From assembly GCF_009834535.1 (NCBI RefSeq), contig NC_045696.1:44022001-44086000 (forward strand): a DNA stretch of 64,000 nt, read 5' to 3'. The translations under genes and the position numbers were made by a program. Shown piece by piece: positions 25,731 through 39,029 of the stretch. The DNA comes from Camelus ferus (taxonomy: Eukaryota). Under the pieces are notes generated by a model that worked only from the letters and a program-made list of their open reading frames with translations, was not told where the DNA came from and did no database searches. Numbering within the stretch: the first letter of the stretch is position 1; each line of letters begins with the position of its first letter.

Positions 25731-25757
25731 AACTTGGGAGATACGGCTGGTTACACA
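25731..25757 (+). CDS. Candidate 27-bp symmetric micro-exon
   Basis: TTTTTTTTTTCCTTTAACTTCCTAAG| acceptor and CA|GTAAGT donor; all three frames are open. Confidence 0.4.
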
Positions 25758-26679
25758 GTAAGTCTGGTCTTTTGTTTCTTAGATGTTCCATACATACATA
25801 AAGCACTGAAATTAGTTAAAGTAATATCTGAGTCCTTTCATATTGACATTGCCCTAATGAATATAAGGATTCTTTGCATTTCAGCTGAATAGCCTTACAG
25901 TTTTTATCCATAATTCCTAAGACATATATAGTGTTAACAATTTCCAATAAAATGAAGAAAGAAAAATACCTCTAAGTGGAAATAAAGAAATATGAGTTTA
26001 TGATATTGACACAAATTTGTAGTTTATTGACCTGTATGGAAGAAATTTTTATCTCTGCAAATGGATATATAGTTAGGTTGTATGAAGGATATTAATGAGA
26101 TTCTACACTGAGGCAAAAAAAAAAAAGGAATGAAGTTTGTTTACAGGATATTTCAGAGTAAATAGCCCCTAAACCATATGTGCTTGCTTCTAGATGCAAA
26201 GAAGAAAGTATCTTTATTTGATTAAAAAATGAAAAATCAATGAAGAAACCAAAATGGGTGATCAGAAACCAGACCAGAATATGAAACTGAGCAAAGTCTG
26301 GAGTTATACTTAATATTTCACACTGATTTTTTGATGTGCAATCCACATAAATGTTGATATTCTCAAAATGACTGTATGGGAGTGTGACTCCTAATCACCT
26401 GAGTGGTATCACTCCCAATTCCCCCAGAAAACTCAAGTTAATAACTTAGTGGGTATTCTTTTTTTTTTTTTTTGCCCCAGGTTCATTTTATATATATACA
26501 GTCATATATATAATGTATGTATATTAATATATACACGTGTATTTATAATACATATATTATATATATGAATAATATAGATCTATGATACAGATAATATGAC
26601 TATGGAGGTTTTTGTCACAATTTGCTCTTTTCAAAATGGTGTTATTTTGTACACACTTTTCTGCATTTTATATTTCTTT

Positions 26680-27870
26680 TTTTAATTTTAAATTTTAATC
26701 TATTGTTACTGAAGTATAACTGACATCAGATTGTATTAGTTTCAGTTGTATAACATAATGATTTAATATTTGTATATATTGCAAAATTATCTCCACAATA
26801 AGTCTGGTTAACATCCATCACCATACATAATTACAATTTTTTTTTACTTTTGATAAAGACTTAAAATTTACTCTCTTGGCAGCTTTCAAATATGAAATGC
26901 AATATTATTAACTATAGTCATTATGCTATACATTATATCCCCATGACTTAATAATAACTGGACGTTTGTAGTTTTTGACCTCTTTCACCCATTTCTCCCA
27001 ACCCTACCTCCTGCCTCTAACAAAACCAGTATCTTTTCTGTATCTTTGTGCTCATTTTTGTTTTGTTTTGTTTTTGCTATTTGTTTTTGTTTTGCCGTTT
27101 TTTAATTTCGCATGTGGAGTCGTACGGCATTTGCCTTTCTCTCTGACTTATATCACTTTATATAATGCCCTCAAGATCCAAGGTCCACCCATACTGTCAC
27201 AAATGGCAAGATTTCATTCTCTTTATGGCTGAATAGTATTCCATTGCAAATATATAATATAACTTCTTTACCCATTCCTCCATTGATGGACAATAAGGTT
27301 GCTTCCATATCCTGGCTATCATGAATAATGTTGCAGTGAACATGGGGGTGCATATATCTTTTTAGATAAGTGATTTCATTTTCTTTGGATAAATACCCAG
27401 AAGTGAAATTGCTGGATCATATTATAGTTTTAATTTTTTGAGGAACTTCCATACTGTTTTCCATAGTGGCTATACCAAATTACTTTTCCGCCAACAGTGC
27501 GCAAGGGTTCCACTTCCTCTACATCCTCACCAACATTTATTTCTTCTTTTTTTGATAATGGCCATTCTAACGGGTATGATGTGAAATTTCGTTGTGGTTT
27601 TGATTTGGATTTCCCTGATGATTAGCAAAATTCAGCATCTTTTCATGTACCTGTTGGCCATCTGTATGTCTTTAGAAAAATGTCAGTTCAGTTCCTCTGC
27701 CCATTTTTTTCATTGGATTATTTTCTTTGGTTTTTTTTTTTGTTTGTTTGTTTTAGGTTATTGAGTTTTATGAGTTCTTCATATATTTTGCATATTAATC
27801 CCTTATTAGATATACAATATGCAAATATTTTCTCCCATTCTGTAGATTGCATTTTAATTTTGTTGATGAA
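26680..27870 (-). mobile_element. 5'-truncated older LINE-1 (L1MA-like 3' end)
   Basis: T-rich tail, L1 3'UTR and ORF2 C-terminal homology (GGCTGAATAGTATTCCATT, CATAGTGGCTATACC). Degenerate TSD CATTTTATATTTCTTT (26664-26679) / CATTTTACTTTCCTTT (27871-27886). Confidence 0.85.
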
Positions 27871-27886
27871 CATTTTACTTTCCTTT

Positions 27887-29230
27887 GTAAGATCTTATGC
27901 AATCTGACATATCCCCACCATCAGCCTGCCAACTTGTAGAGTCCTAATTCACTCTTGTTGATAGGTATATAATATTCATGGTGAGCATATAACACAATTT
28001 ATTTAAACATTTCTCTGTTACTGATCATTAGTTTTATCAAAGTTTTGTTCTTCCATAGTAGATGTCCTTGAACACATAATCTTTTCAACTGGTATATTTA
28101 TTTCAAAAGGATAGATTTCCAGGAGTAGACTCTTCCTTTGAAGGCATAAGCATTGTTTTTCTTAAAGGATGTTGCAAGAATGCTTTCCTAATAGAATGTA
28201 AAAATTTAGTTTCTATCATGTATATATGTATAAGTATACCTTCCCCTCCATAAACAACTGCATATATTTTAAACTTTTTCTGATCTAAAAGGTACAAAGA
28301 AACAACTCATTATTTCAATCGCATTTCCCTTAATTCTAGTGAGTTTATTCATCTTTTTATGTAACTTGACCATTTTCTCTTCTGTGATTTGCATGCCTTG
28401 CCCAATTTCACATTGGCTTATGTGTCTGTTTATAGATTGTAAATTCTCATTTTTCACTATAAATGTCATACATTTATCTGTCTTTCATTGCACATTTTTC
28501 TACAAATCTATCATTTTTGTTGACTTTGTATAGTATATTTTACCACACAGAAGCTTTTCATGTTTACACGGTCAAATATCTTTTTTTTTTAGTGGCTTTT
28601 GTATTTTTAGCATTATCTATCTATAGTATGCATCACTGATTTTTCTTTTCTGTTTTAATTCATGTGGAACTGATTTTGTAAATGGTTTAAATAGTGCTCC
28701 AATTTTACAGTCTTCTGAATGGATGGCTTATATCATTTTATTTCTAAATAAACTATCATTTTCCCACTGAACTGAAAGATCACATTCCTCATATATTAGA
28801 ATGTCATTTTGGAGAATCTACTTCTGGATTTTGTAGTCAATTCCACAGGTCACTGGCTTTAGAGCAATGTTCTGATAACTGAAAAGGACACTAACCATTC
28901 ATCATTCTATTTCTTCACATATTTCTTAACTCTTCACCAGCATTTATCCTTTGACATCACTTTTAAGAAGAATGAATTCTGTTTAAGATAAAGGGTATTT
29001 TAATTAGAATTGTTTTAAATGTGTAAAATATATAAAATGTAGTTGAATCACTGTACAATAATATTATTTTCACATCTAAGAAAATGGTAAACATAGTATG
29101 CACTATTCACCTATGAAGAATAGTGTTTTACAGGTCCTAGGCTCTGATTAAGTTTAATCTTTAAAGATTATAATTTTTCAACATTATGAAAGCAATGTTT
29201 CCCATTTTATTTTTCAGTGTTCAATTTAGT
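27887..29230 (-). mobile_element. Ancient L1 fragment (host of nested insertions; probably continues at ~26420-26670 and ~32900-34660)
   Basis: Degenerate L1 antisense motifs (CTCATTATTTCAATCGCATTTCCCT, CACAGAAGCTTTTCA, CATTTTCCCACTGAACTG). Confidence 0.55.
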
Positions 29231-31812
29231 ATAAAATTTTTATTTTTATTTTCTTCCAGATTTACTGAAATATAATTGACATTTAATATTGTGTAAGTTT
29301 AAGTTGTATGAAATGATGATTTGATCACCAAAAAATCTTCGCCACCTCATATAATTTCCATTTTATTTTTGTTATGAGAACATTTAAGATCTACTCTCAC
29401 AGCAACTTTCAAGTACACAGTATGATATTGTTAGCTATATTCACCATACTTTACATTAGATCCCCAGAACTTACTCATCTTTAACTGGAAGTTTATACCC
29501 TCTGACCAACATCTCTCTATTCCTTGCCCCCTCAGCCACTGGCAACCACCATTCTACTCTCTGTTTCCATGAGTTTAATGTTTTCAGATTCTATATATAA
29601 GTGAGATCATTCCATATTTGGCCTTCTCTGTCAGATTTATTTCACATAGTATAAGATCCTTAAGGTCCATCTCTATCCATGTTATCACAAATTGCAAATG
29701 CTGGGATTTCCATCTTTCTCAGACCAAAGACCAAACAAAATTTATATATTATGTATATGTATGTATAATATATATAGCTTAAATGTATCACATTGTATTT
29801 GTCCATTCATCTGTAGATGGACACTTAGGTTGTTTCCATATTTTGACTATTGTGAATGATGCTGCAACTAGCATGGGAGTACAAATATCTCTTCAATGTC
29901 CTGTTTTCATTTCCTTTGGATATATACCAAAGGATTGCTGGATCATATGATAATTCTGTTTTTAATTTTTTGAGGAATTTCCATACTGTTTTACATAGTG
30001 GCTGCACAGATTTTTATTCCCATCAACAGTACACAATGTTCCCTTTTCTCCACACTCTCATCAGCGTTTGTTATCTCTTGTCTTTTTGATAATAGGCATT
30101 CTAACAGGTGTAATGTGATAGCTCATTGTGGTTTTGATTTGCTTTTCCCTGATGATTTGTAATGTTCAGCATCATTTTATGTACCTGTTGGCCATCTGCA
30201 TGTCTTCTTTGGGGAAAATATCTATTCATGTCTTTTGTCCATTTTAAAATCAGAGTGTTTATTTTGCTATTAGTTGTATGAGTTTCTTGTATATTTTTGA
30301 AGATAACACCTTATCAGACAGATGATTTGCCAATATTTTCTCCCATTCCATTGGTTGTCTTTTCAGTTTGTTGATTGTTTCCTTTACTGTTGCAGAAGCT
30401 TTTTAGCCTGATAGAGCCCCACTTGTTTATTTTTTATTTTGTTGCTTGTATTTTTGGGGTCATATACAAAAAAATTGTTGCCAAGACCTACGTAAAGAGG
30501 TTTTTCCCAGTATTTTCTCTAGGAATTTTGTGGTTTCATGTCTTATGTTTAAATTTTTAATACACTGCAAGTTCATTCTTGTGAGTAGTATAATATAGAA
30601 TTCCAATTTTATTATTTTGTATATGAAAATCCAGTTTTCCCAATACCATTCATTGAAGAGACTATCCTTTCCCCATTGAGAATTCTTGGCTTTCTTGTCA
30701 AATATTAGTTGACTGTATAAACATGAGTTTCAGTCTTGGCTCTCAATTCTGTTCTTTTTGGTCTGTCTGTGTGCCTGTTTTTATGCCAGCACCATATTGC
30801 TTTGATTGCTATAGCTTTGTAATATAGTTTGAAATCAGGAATTGTGATGCCTCCAGTTGTATTCTTCTTTCTCACAATTTATTTGGTTATTAAGGGTCTT
30901 TTTTGGTGTCATACAAATTTTAGAATTGTTTTTTCTATTTCTGTAACGAATGTCATTGCAAGTTTGATAATGATTGCGTTGAATCATTGGTTTTGGGTAG
31001 TATGGACGTTTTAACAATGTTAATTCAACTGATCTATGAACACAGAGTATCTTTCTGTTTATTTGTGTGTTCTTCAGCTTCTTTCATCAATGTCTTATGA
31101 TTTTCATTGCCTTGGTTAAATTTATTCCTAAGTATTTTATTGTTTTAGATGCTACTGTGAATTAGATTGTTTTCTTTATTTCTCTTTCAGATATTTCATT
31201 GTTAGTGTATAAAAATGCAACCAATTTCTGTATGTTGATGTTATATCCTGCAAATTTTTAAAATTTGTTTTTACTTCTAACAGCCGTTTTGTGGAGTATT
31301 TAGGATTTTCTCTATATAAGATCATATCATTTGCAAAAAGAGACAATTTTATTTCTTCCTTTATGATTTTTCTTTCATTTGTTTTACTTGCCTAATTACT
31401 TTGGCTAGGGCTTCCAGCACCATATTGAACAAAAACGATGAGACTGGTACTAATGTCTTCTTTCTGATCATGAAGCAAAAGATTTTAAACATTCATCATT
31501 GACTATGATGTTAGTTGTGGGTTGGTCATATATGGTCTTTATTATGTTGAGGTACTTTTCTTTTATATCCAGTTTGTTGAGAGTTTTCTTTTTATCATGA
31601 AAGGAGTTTGAATTTTGTCAAATGCTTTTTCTGCATCTATTGAGATAATCATATGATTTTTGTCTTTCATTCCATTAATGTGGTAAAACACATTTATTGA
31701 TTTTCATATGTTGAATTATCCTTGCCTCTTGATCATGGTGTATGATGCTTTTAATATGCTATTGAATATGGTTTGCTAAACTTTGTTAAAAATTTTTGCA
31801 TCTATGTATATA

Positions 31813-31958
31813 CTTTTTAATTTTTTTATTGAAGTGTAGTTGATCTACAATGTTAGTTTCAGGTGTAAGGCAAAATGATTCAGTTATACATATACATACT
31901 TTTTTTTTCGGATTCTTTTCCATATATGTTATTGCAAGAAATTGAATAGAACCGTAGG
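31813..31958 (-). mobile_element. Very short L1 3'-end insertion nested in an L1
   Basis: Matches the 3'UTR of the L1 at 2108 (GAAGTGTAGTTGAT...GCAAAATGATTCAGTTAT). TSD TTGCATCTATGTATATA (31796-31812) / TTGCATCTATATTTATA (31959-31975). Confidence 0.85.
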
Positions 31959-32743
31959 TTGCATCTATATTTATAAAGAATATTGGCCTGCAGTTTTCTT
32001 TTCTTGTGCTGTCCTTATCTGGTGTTGGTATCAGGATAATGCTGGCCTCATAAAATCAGTTTGGGAGTTTTCCTTCTTTAATTTTAGAAAACTGTGAGAA
32101 GAATTGGTATTAATTCTTATTTAAATTTTTGGTACAATTCATCAGTGAAACCATCTGGAACTGGGCTTTTTTATTAGATAGTTTTTTTATTACTGATTCA
32201 ATCTTTTTATTCACTAATAGTCTGTTCAGATATTTTATTTCTTCATGATTCAGTCTCAGTAGGTTGTGTACTTCTAGGAATTTATCCATTTCTTATAGTT
32301 TATTCAACTTGTTGGCATATAAATTTTCATAGTAGTCTCTTATTTTCTTTTGTATTTCTGTGGTATCAATTTTAATCTCCCCACTTTCTGATTTTATTTA
32401 CTTGAGTCTTCTCTCTTTTTACCTCAGTATAGCTAAAGCTTTGTCAATTTTGTTTATTATGCATTCAAAAAAATCAGCTCTTAGTTTTGTTGGTTTTTTT
32501 TCGTTGTTTCTCTGGTCTCTTTCATTATTTCTTCTCTGATTCCTTTTATGTCCTTCATTTTGCTAACTTTGAGTTTAGTCTGTTCTTTTTTCTAGTTACT
32601 TGAGGTTAAAGTTAAGTTGCTTATCTTAGATCTTTCTCTTTTCTTTAATGTAGGCATTAATAACTTTAAATTCCCATGTTAAAGTTACTTTTGTTTTGTC
32701 TTATAAGTTTTGGTATGCTGTGTTTTCATTTTTGTTTGTTTCA

Positions 32744-32745
<2 letters not shown>

Positions 32746-32797
<52 letters not shown>
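32746..32797. repeat. (TA)n microsatellite inside L1
   Basis: About 25 perfect TA units. Confidence 0.97.
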
Positions 32798-32800
<3 letters not shown>

Positions 32801-33054
32801 AACTTCCCTTTTGATTTCTTCTTTGGTCCATTGGCTGTTAAGGAGACAGTTCTAAATTTTTCTATGTTCACTTGTATGCACTTCTTTCTTAAAATTTTCT
32901 AATTGAGTCAATCTATTGGGGCTCTTTTTTGAACTAGAATATTTTCTTTTGATTTTCTAGTTTAAAATGGCTATCTAGCTGAATAGCTCACATTTATTAA
33001 AAAGCAAAATTTTGTACTTATGTAAGATACTCAACTTGATTATTTAATAAATTT

Positions 33055-33213
33055 TTTTTTTGAGTGAAGGTAGATTTATTCAGAGAGATACACTGAATGG
33101 CAAGAGAAAGGCCACAAGGTGTGGGGGTTGGGTGCTCAGATTAAAAGTAGGTACACTTTCCATAGACAGAATGTGGGCCATCTCCAAAGAGGGGGAGAGA
33201 GAGAGAGGCGGCC
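33055..33213 (-). mobile_element. Short poly(A)-tailed retroposed element resembling an ERV LTR R region, L1-type insertion
   Basis: Perfect 17-bp TSD GATTATTTAATAAATTT (33038-33054 and 33214-33230). The minus strand ends ...CTCTGAATAAATCTACCTTCACTC-poly(A). No tRNA A/B boxes seen. Confidence 0.8.
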
Positions 33214-34999
33214 GATTATTTAATAAATTTCTAAAATGACTTGAATCTATTTGTAGGCACACAATTCTGTTTCTCTGGTTTGTCTCTTCATGCAGCAAAA
33301 CTATACTATTTTAATTATAGAGATTTTATTATATAATATCTGTCAGGACTAACTCTCCTACATTGTACTTCTTTCAGGAGTTTTTACAGAGATCATGATG
33401 AATTTGTAAATTAAATTAAAAGAATTGACACATTTGCATTGTTGAATCTGACTACAAACATACTAAGTTTTATCATTTGTTCAATTTTACATTTTTGTCT
33501 TTCTAAAGTATTATAAAAAGTATTCCTTAAAATAGGTTATATACATTCTTAGGTTTACAACTCTCTATCTCAAAAAATATTGCTAGTTTATTTGGGGCAC
33601 TGATATTGATAATTATTATATTCCATTGGGAATTATAACCTTTAGTATTATAATGATTTATTTGTCATATTTAATATTTCTGTTCCATTTAATGCTCTTT
33701 TATCTTGTTTGATATTGTTTTCTCTAGAAGGAGAACCTATAGGAAAGGGTTCCTCTGCAGGGAGTAGGAATGGGCCAGAGTAGCTTTTTCAACTTTCCAG
33801 AATTATATTTTCTTCAGGTTGTTACAAGTGAAGAGGTCAAAACATGAAATCTTTCTGTGACCTTTCCTTTGTCTCACGGCTAAGTCAGATTCATAACTGT
33901 GTTTCCCAGCCTCCAGATCTGTGTTTCCTAGAGTCATTCAGGACTTATTTTCCAAACCAATTCTCCCATTTTTGGATGTTTTATTTTACTGTCATAGTTT
34001 TTTTCTGGGCTTTTGCTCTCTTTAGCTCCTCATACCTTAAAATCTGAACTTTCTCTCTACTACTTACTGTGTTTTTGCTCTCCTCAACTTGCTTCCTCTT
34101 TCAATTTCCCCTCCAAATTAAGCTCAGTCCCCAAGAGAGGTAGTTTGTTTGTTATTTTTTTTTATATTTCTGAAAAACAGCACTATTTGATCTTCATATG
34201 TTAAACAGTTAAGACTTTTTAAATTTATTTTTCCTTACTTGCAACTTAGTGCTCATGAGAAAGCAGCACAGGTTTGTCTGATGCCCTGGATTCACTCAAC
34301 TAGGTTTCTACTTGAAGTTAATTTTTTCTCCATTTGGGGTTTTATATTATTTTATTTTATTTTATTTTATTTTAGTCTCTTTGGCAGTTTTAGAAGTCCA
34401 AGGCGAGAGAGCAAATCAGCTCCTCTTTCATTCCTGCTACTCCTGCTGACAAACTGCTCTTTTCTTCCCCTTTTTTGTGCTGGTCTTGCTGTTGGTGGTT
34501 TGGCTGTATACCCCCTTTCTCTCCACATCCTGAGTTCATGGAGATACTTTGTTTCATAATTTTCACTGAAGATATTATTTGTGAAATTTTTCTTCTGCTA
34601 GTCAAGTTGAACCCTCGTTTTTAAGGACGAGTTTGGGGGAGATGCCACTGTGATCCTGCCAACCATGATAAAAATGTTTTTTTGTTTTTGAAACTATTTG
34701 AGCCTTAGAGTTGCAAAAAATGAGATCATGTTTTCCACACAATAAAGTTTCTGAGTTCTGTTTCATGCAATAATTTGTAAACTACATCTCTCTTCCTCTG
34801 TCTTAAGTTGCCCAGTATCATTAGAAGGAGCCATAGTCCTTACATATGACTTTTATATTATTCCAAGTTCAGAGTTTCAGCCCTTAATACTAGTTGTTTA
34901 CTTACTCTCTTTATCTCTAAACAAGTGGAAGTTCCCTCCAATCCCTGATGGCCTGTTGTCATAACCATACTGGTATCAATTTTCGAATCAGTGAAGTTT

Positions 35000-35430
35000 C
35001 TTCATTTAAAAGCAAATGAAATCAACTCAGTTGCAAGCAAGATTTGGTTTGTTAAAATGATAGTGATAAAGCCAGTTAATTTCTTAAAAGACTAGAAAAC
35101 CAGGCTTGGAAGCTGTGCCACCAGGAGCTATGCCCAAAATCATGCAGATTTGTTCAGTGAAGATCTTTCTGCCAGTGCACCTGGGGAGAGTTACTATAAC
35201 TTGCCTTGCTGATATCACTCACATTAGCACTAGAAGCTGCCCCTAGAAACAATGTCACTGGTGCCTCTGAAATTGATTGTATATGGAAGCCCTGCTGCTA
35301 CCCATTGCCTAAATGGATCTTCATGATCTTTGATTTCAGTTCCTGGGGTGGGCATCTGATTGAGAAGCCTACAATATACACTCATTTTCTACCTGCAAGA
35401 ATAAAGAAAAAAATTAAATCTTATATTTTC
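35000..35430 (-). mobile_element. Old MaLR LTR (MLT1K/L-like)
   Basis: AAAGCAAATGAAATCAACTCAG, GACTAGAAAACCAGGCTTGG and GGGCATCTGATTG motifs typical of old MLT1 copies. Confidence 0.45.
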
Positions 35431-36449
35431 AGCTTCCATAATGGGAGATAATTACTGTCTCTTATTAGGGATTCTCTCAGCAATCACAGTATATTCACTT
35501 TTTGAGCAGAGAAGAATTAAGAATGCCACTACACCTACTATAGTAATTTGCCTCCCCATAATCTTATTTGTTAAAAAAAAAATGGACTCTACATGGTCAT
35601 TATATGTAGGGTGGCCTTGAAAGGAGACCATGTGTGTCTGTATGTGTGTGTGTGTGTGTGTGTGTGTATACATATCTATGTTATTTTATGTGTAAAGAAT
35701 ATTAAAAGCAATATAATAAGATTATAAGTTGACAAATTTTAAATTATTTTGGAATACAAAAAAATCATACCATACTTTTAAAAAAGTTAAATACATAAGA
35801 TTTTTCTGTAACCTAAATAAAGTTACTCATATTTTAATTTTGCATATAGTTAGCACTACAAATAATTGAAAGGAAACCTCCAAATATAAAATATTATGCC
35901 TGTGAAATGCAAAAAAAGTTAGGAGACAGGAAAGTTATAAAATTTAATACCAGCATGCTGTAAACACACTCATTTTAAAGCATAAAGTAGATATTTTCAC
36001 AGTCAATTTATTCCTAGAAATTTTCTTTTTAAATAGAATAACACATTTTCTATTTTGAAAGGCTTGTTTTTTTAATTAGTGAAATATAATTATATTTCAA
36101 AACATGTCATAAATGTAATAAACTTGGGCTCAAAATAAAATGGGGCAGCATTTATTGTGTTTGTGAGTTGTTTGGCCAATATTTGATTTCAGTAGCACAA
36201 TTTTTCCATAAACTCTCTTCACTGACATTATGCTTAATTATGTACACCAAGATACAAGATATCACCTTAACAAAAGTCATAGCTGACTCATTTTGCCATT
36301 GTCCCAATGCCTCATCTTCACTCTCCTGCTAAATCAGTAGATGGAGAAAAGTGCTCATCAGAGCTGCCACTTAGCCCTACAGTAGTGTCATAAAATGCTT
36401 ATTAGTAAGTGCTATTCCTTCATTCATTTTTTTCATCTTGTTTCTCTAG

Positions 36450-36491
36450 CGGTAGAGATTATGAAACAAATTGCCCTCAGATAAGAACCAG
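36450..36491 (+). CDS. Candidate 42-bp exon (GRDYETNCPQIRT, phase 2->2)
   Basis: Strong polypyrimidine acceptor TTTTTTTCATCTTGTTTCTCTAG| and CAG|GTAAAG donor; one open frame, length divisible by 3. Confidence 0.45.
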
Positions 36492-37974
36492 GTAAAGAGG
36501 AATAGAATGGGTCAGTGACTTAAAGAAACTTGCAAAAATCCAATTGTTTTTTATTATATATGAAGAGATAGTTTATTCTCTGTAAACAAAATGAAAACAA
36601 ATGACAGTTTAGCGTTTATCAGATTTGGTATGCACATGAGTGACCATATGTGTATATAAATAAGATGCCAAATTTCAAATTACATTGTTAGATAATGGTA
36701 TTTTTAATTCACATTTTAACTCCCAGCCATAAATTGTCTATTTATATTATGCAACTCCCAATAGATCTTGGGAATAGATCACAATAAATCTTAACATATT
36801 CAATATGGAGGAAATTTATCTGCAATATGTATTACACTTTATTGTGCTTTGCAGTACATTTCTGACATTGAGGTGGAATCATTATCTGTTCCAGTAATTA
36901 AATAAGATATGCAGCCTAAAACTATGATAAAATATATTTATTAATTGTTATTTTATACACATATATTTCCAGTTATAGATGCATCTACTTAAAGTCAAAT
37001 ACATACAAATTTATGAATGAATTTTATGACTTCACAAGTCATTAACCTTTAAATACAACTTATATAAAATGATTTCTATAAGCACTCCTTTAAATTCAAA
37101 AATTATTAGTAACTAAATATCAACTTCTTACTTACTAAAATCTAAGAAACTTTCTCATTGTGAGATGATACATATCATCAAAATTGATGCCAAACAGCAT
37201 TTCAATTGTATGTTTATTATTAAATGATTTCACTTTTTGTAAATTTCATGGTCATTCCTAAATCTTAAAACCAACAGGGCATATCAACTTGTATATTTTA
37301 ATGTCCTATAATGAAATATGTATCTGAAATATCCCTAAGTATACATATGTAGATACATAAATATGTAATCACATATCATCAGGTCAGGAAATCGGTTCTC
37401 TGTCTCCTTAATGGCTATGAGGAAATCTTGGTTCCAGGTCAGTATGAAAAGCAATATTTCACTGTTATGATATAATCAGATGGTTATACTGAATTATGGA
37501 AAATATAGACATATGTAATATTTTTTACTTGTAGAAAAAATTCAAAAGCTTCATTTTTCAATAATATTTTACTCATTAGTATTGCTACTGACAGATATGT
37601 GAAGGATATTTGAAATCCCCTTTGGCATCTCAATTTTATTCCTTAACATAGGTTAGCATGTTATACTTTACTCCTTTTCAAATGAAAGAATAATAAAGTA
37701 AAAATAAACACTTCAGTTATTCTTAGATCTCTATTTCCAGTGAAGCCCTACAAAAAAGTATAATAGAAGGCAGCTGTGGGTTTTTCATTTTTTCTTTATA
37801 GTTTTCATTTTTACTGCATGCCATATACAGCTAAAAGATTGCCAGAAAACCATTCTGTCATGATATATGCTCTTTGGGCCCCGGAGACACCTAAACATTT
37901 TTATGAAATTAATGCATCAGGCAATAAAAGTATACTAACAGGAACTAAAGGCTGAGCAAGAGCAAATCTAACTT

Positions 37975-38119
37975 CAGGGCTAGCTTTATGGACGGGCGCT
38001 AGAAGGACTTTACATTTGGTCAGTGCTCTGCTGCTGCCATCTTGAAATTCTTAACTTTTTAACAAGTGGTCACCATGTTCATATTTCACTTACCCACGCA
38101 GATTATACATCCAGTCCTG
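37975..38119. mobile_element. MER91A-like hAT MITE
   Basis: CAGGGCTAGCTTTATGG...TGCTCTGCTGCTGCCATCTTGAAATTCTTAA...ATTATACATCCAGTCCTG matches the recalled MER91A pattern, with CAGG/CCTG termini. Confidence 0.65.
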
Positions 38120-39029
38120 CCAACATCTGTAGAAAGTCAGCAGCCTTTACAGAGAGCCCTTGGTTGGTAGGTTTTTTCTAAGAGCCACTCGATGGGAGTG
38201 CCAGTTGTTATGTTCTTAATCTTCATTTTCCCCTTGAGATTTCCTTCATCTCAAAGCCTCTCCTTTAGGTTGGAACATAGGAAAGAAAATACGTTTTAGT
38301 TATCTTTATAAACCCAATGCCTACCACATATATATTAAAGATTCATTAAATGCTTGCTTAAGTGAATTTAATTGACTTGCTGTAACATTTAGAGGACATT
38401 TATTAGAAATGATAATTGTTCTTCTATAGATTTACTTTTAGCACCTTGAAATTATAATAACAATGTTTATATAAAATATGCACATTTAAATGAATAGATA
38501 GCAATTCCACTACCATCAAATTTTTTAAAGAATGTACATGATAAAATATCATTTGTTTTTTGAAAGTATTTGAACTAAATGGAGGCAAAGGAATAAGTAA
38601 AATAAAATTTAAAAATGAACGACTATTACTTATCCAATGTGGAGACTAAGAATACATACGCGTACCTACAAAAAATGTAGAACTCAGAATTTGAGGAAAT
38701 GATGCCTGCTCAAAATTGTTGGATTGTTTCCCATGAGTTTAAACAAGCAGAGCAAATATTCATATTCCTTATGAAAGTCTCATTGCAACTATCTGCTTTC
38801 CTGTACTCCTTGAGTCAAAAATCTTCAAGAGCTTCCTTGAACACATTTCTTCATAAACAAGTACCTTAATAGTCACATAAAAACTAAACAATTTTTGAAG
38901 CAACTTTATATTTAATTTTGCTTATCCCTTTGGTTTTTATATATTTCAGAAAAGTTAATCAACTCACTTGAAGACTGACTTATTGAAGCCAACGGAAAAT
39001 TTTCTTCAAGTGGGCTGATCAATAGTATT

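Larger units (their letters stand above)
29236..32870 (-). mobile_element. ~3.6 kb 5'-truncated LINE-1, decayed
   Basis: Colinear with the 3'UTR-to-EN-proximal ORF2 region of the full-length L1 (e.g. AATGCTTTTTCTGCATCTATTGAGAT at 31621; track ORF 29825-30007 [14 protein letters not shown]). Confidence 0.88.
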
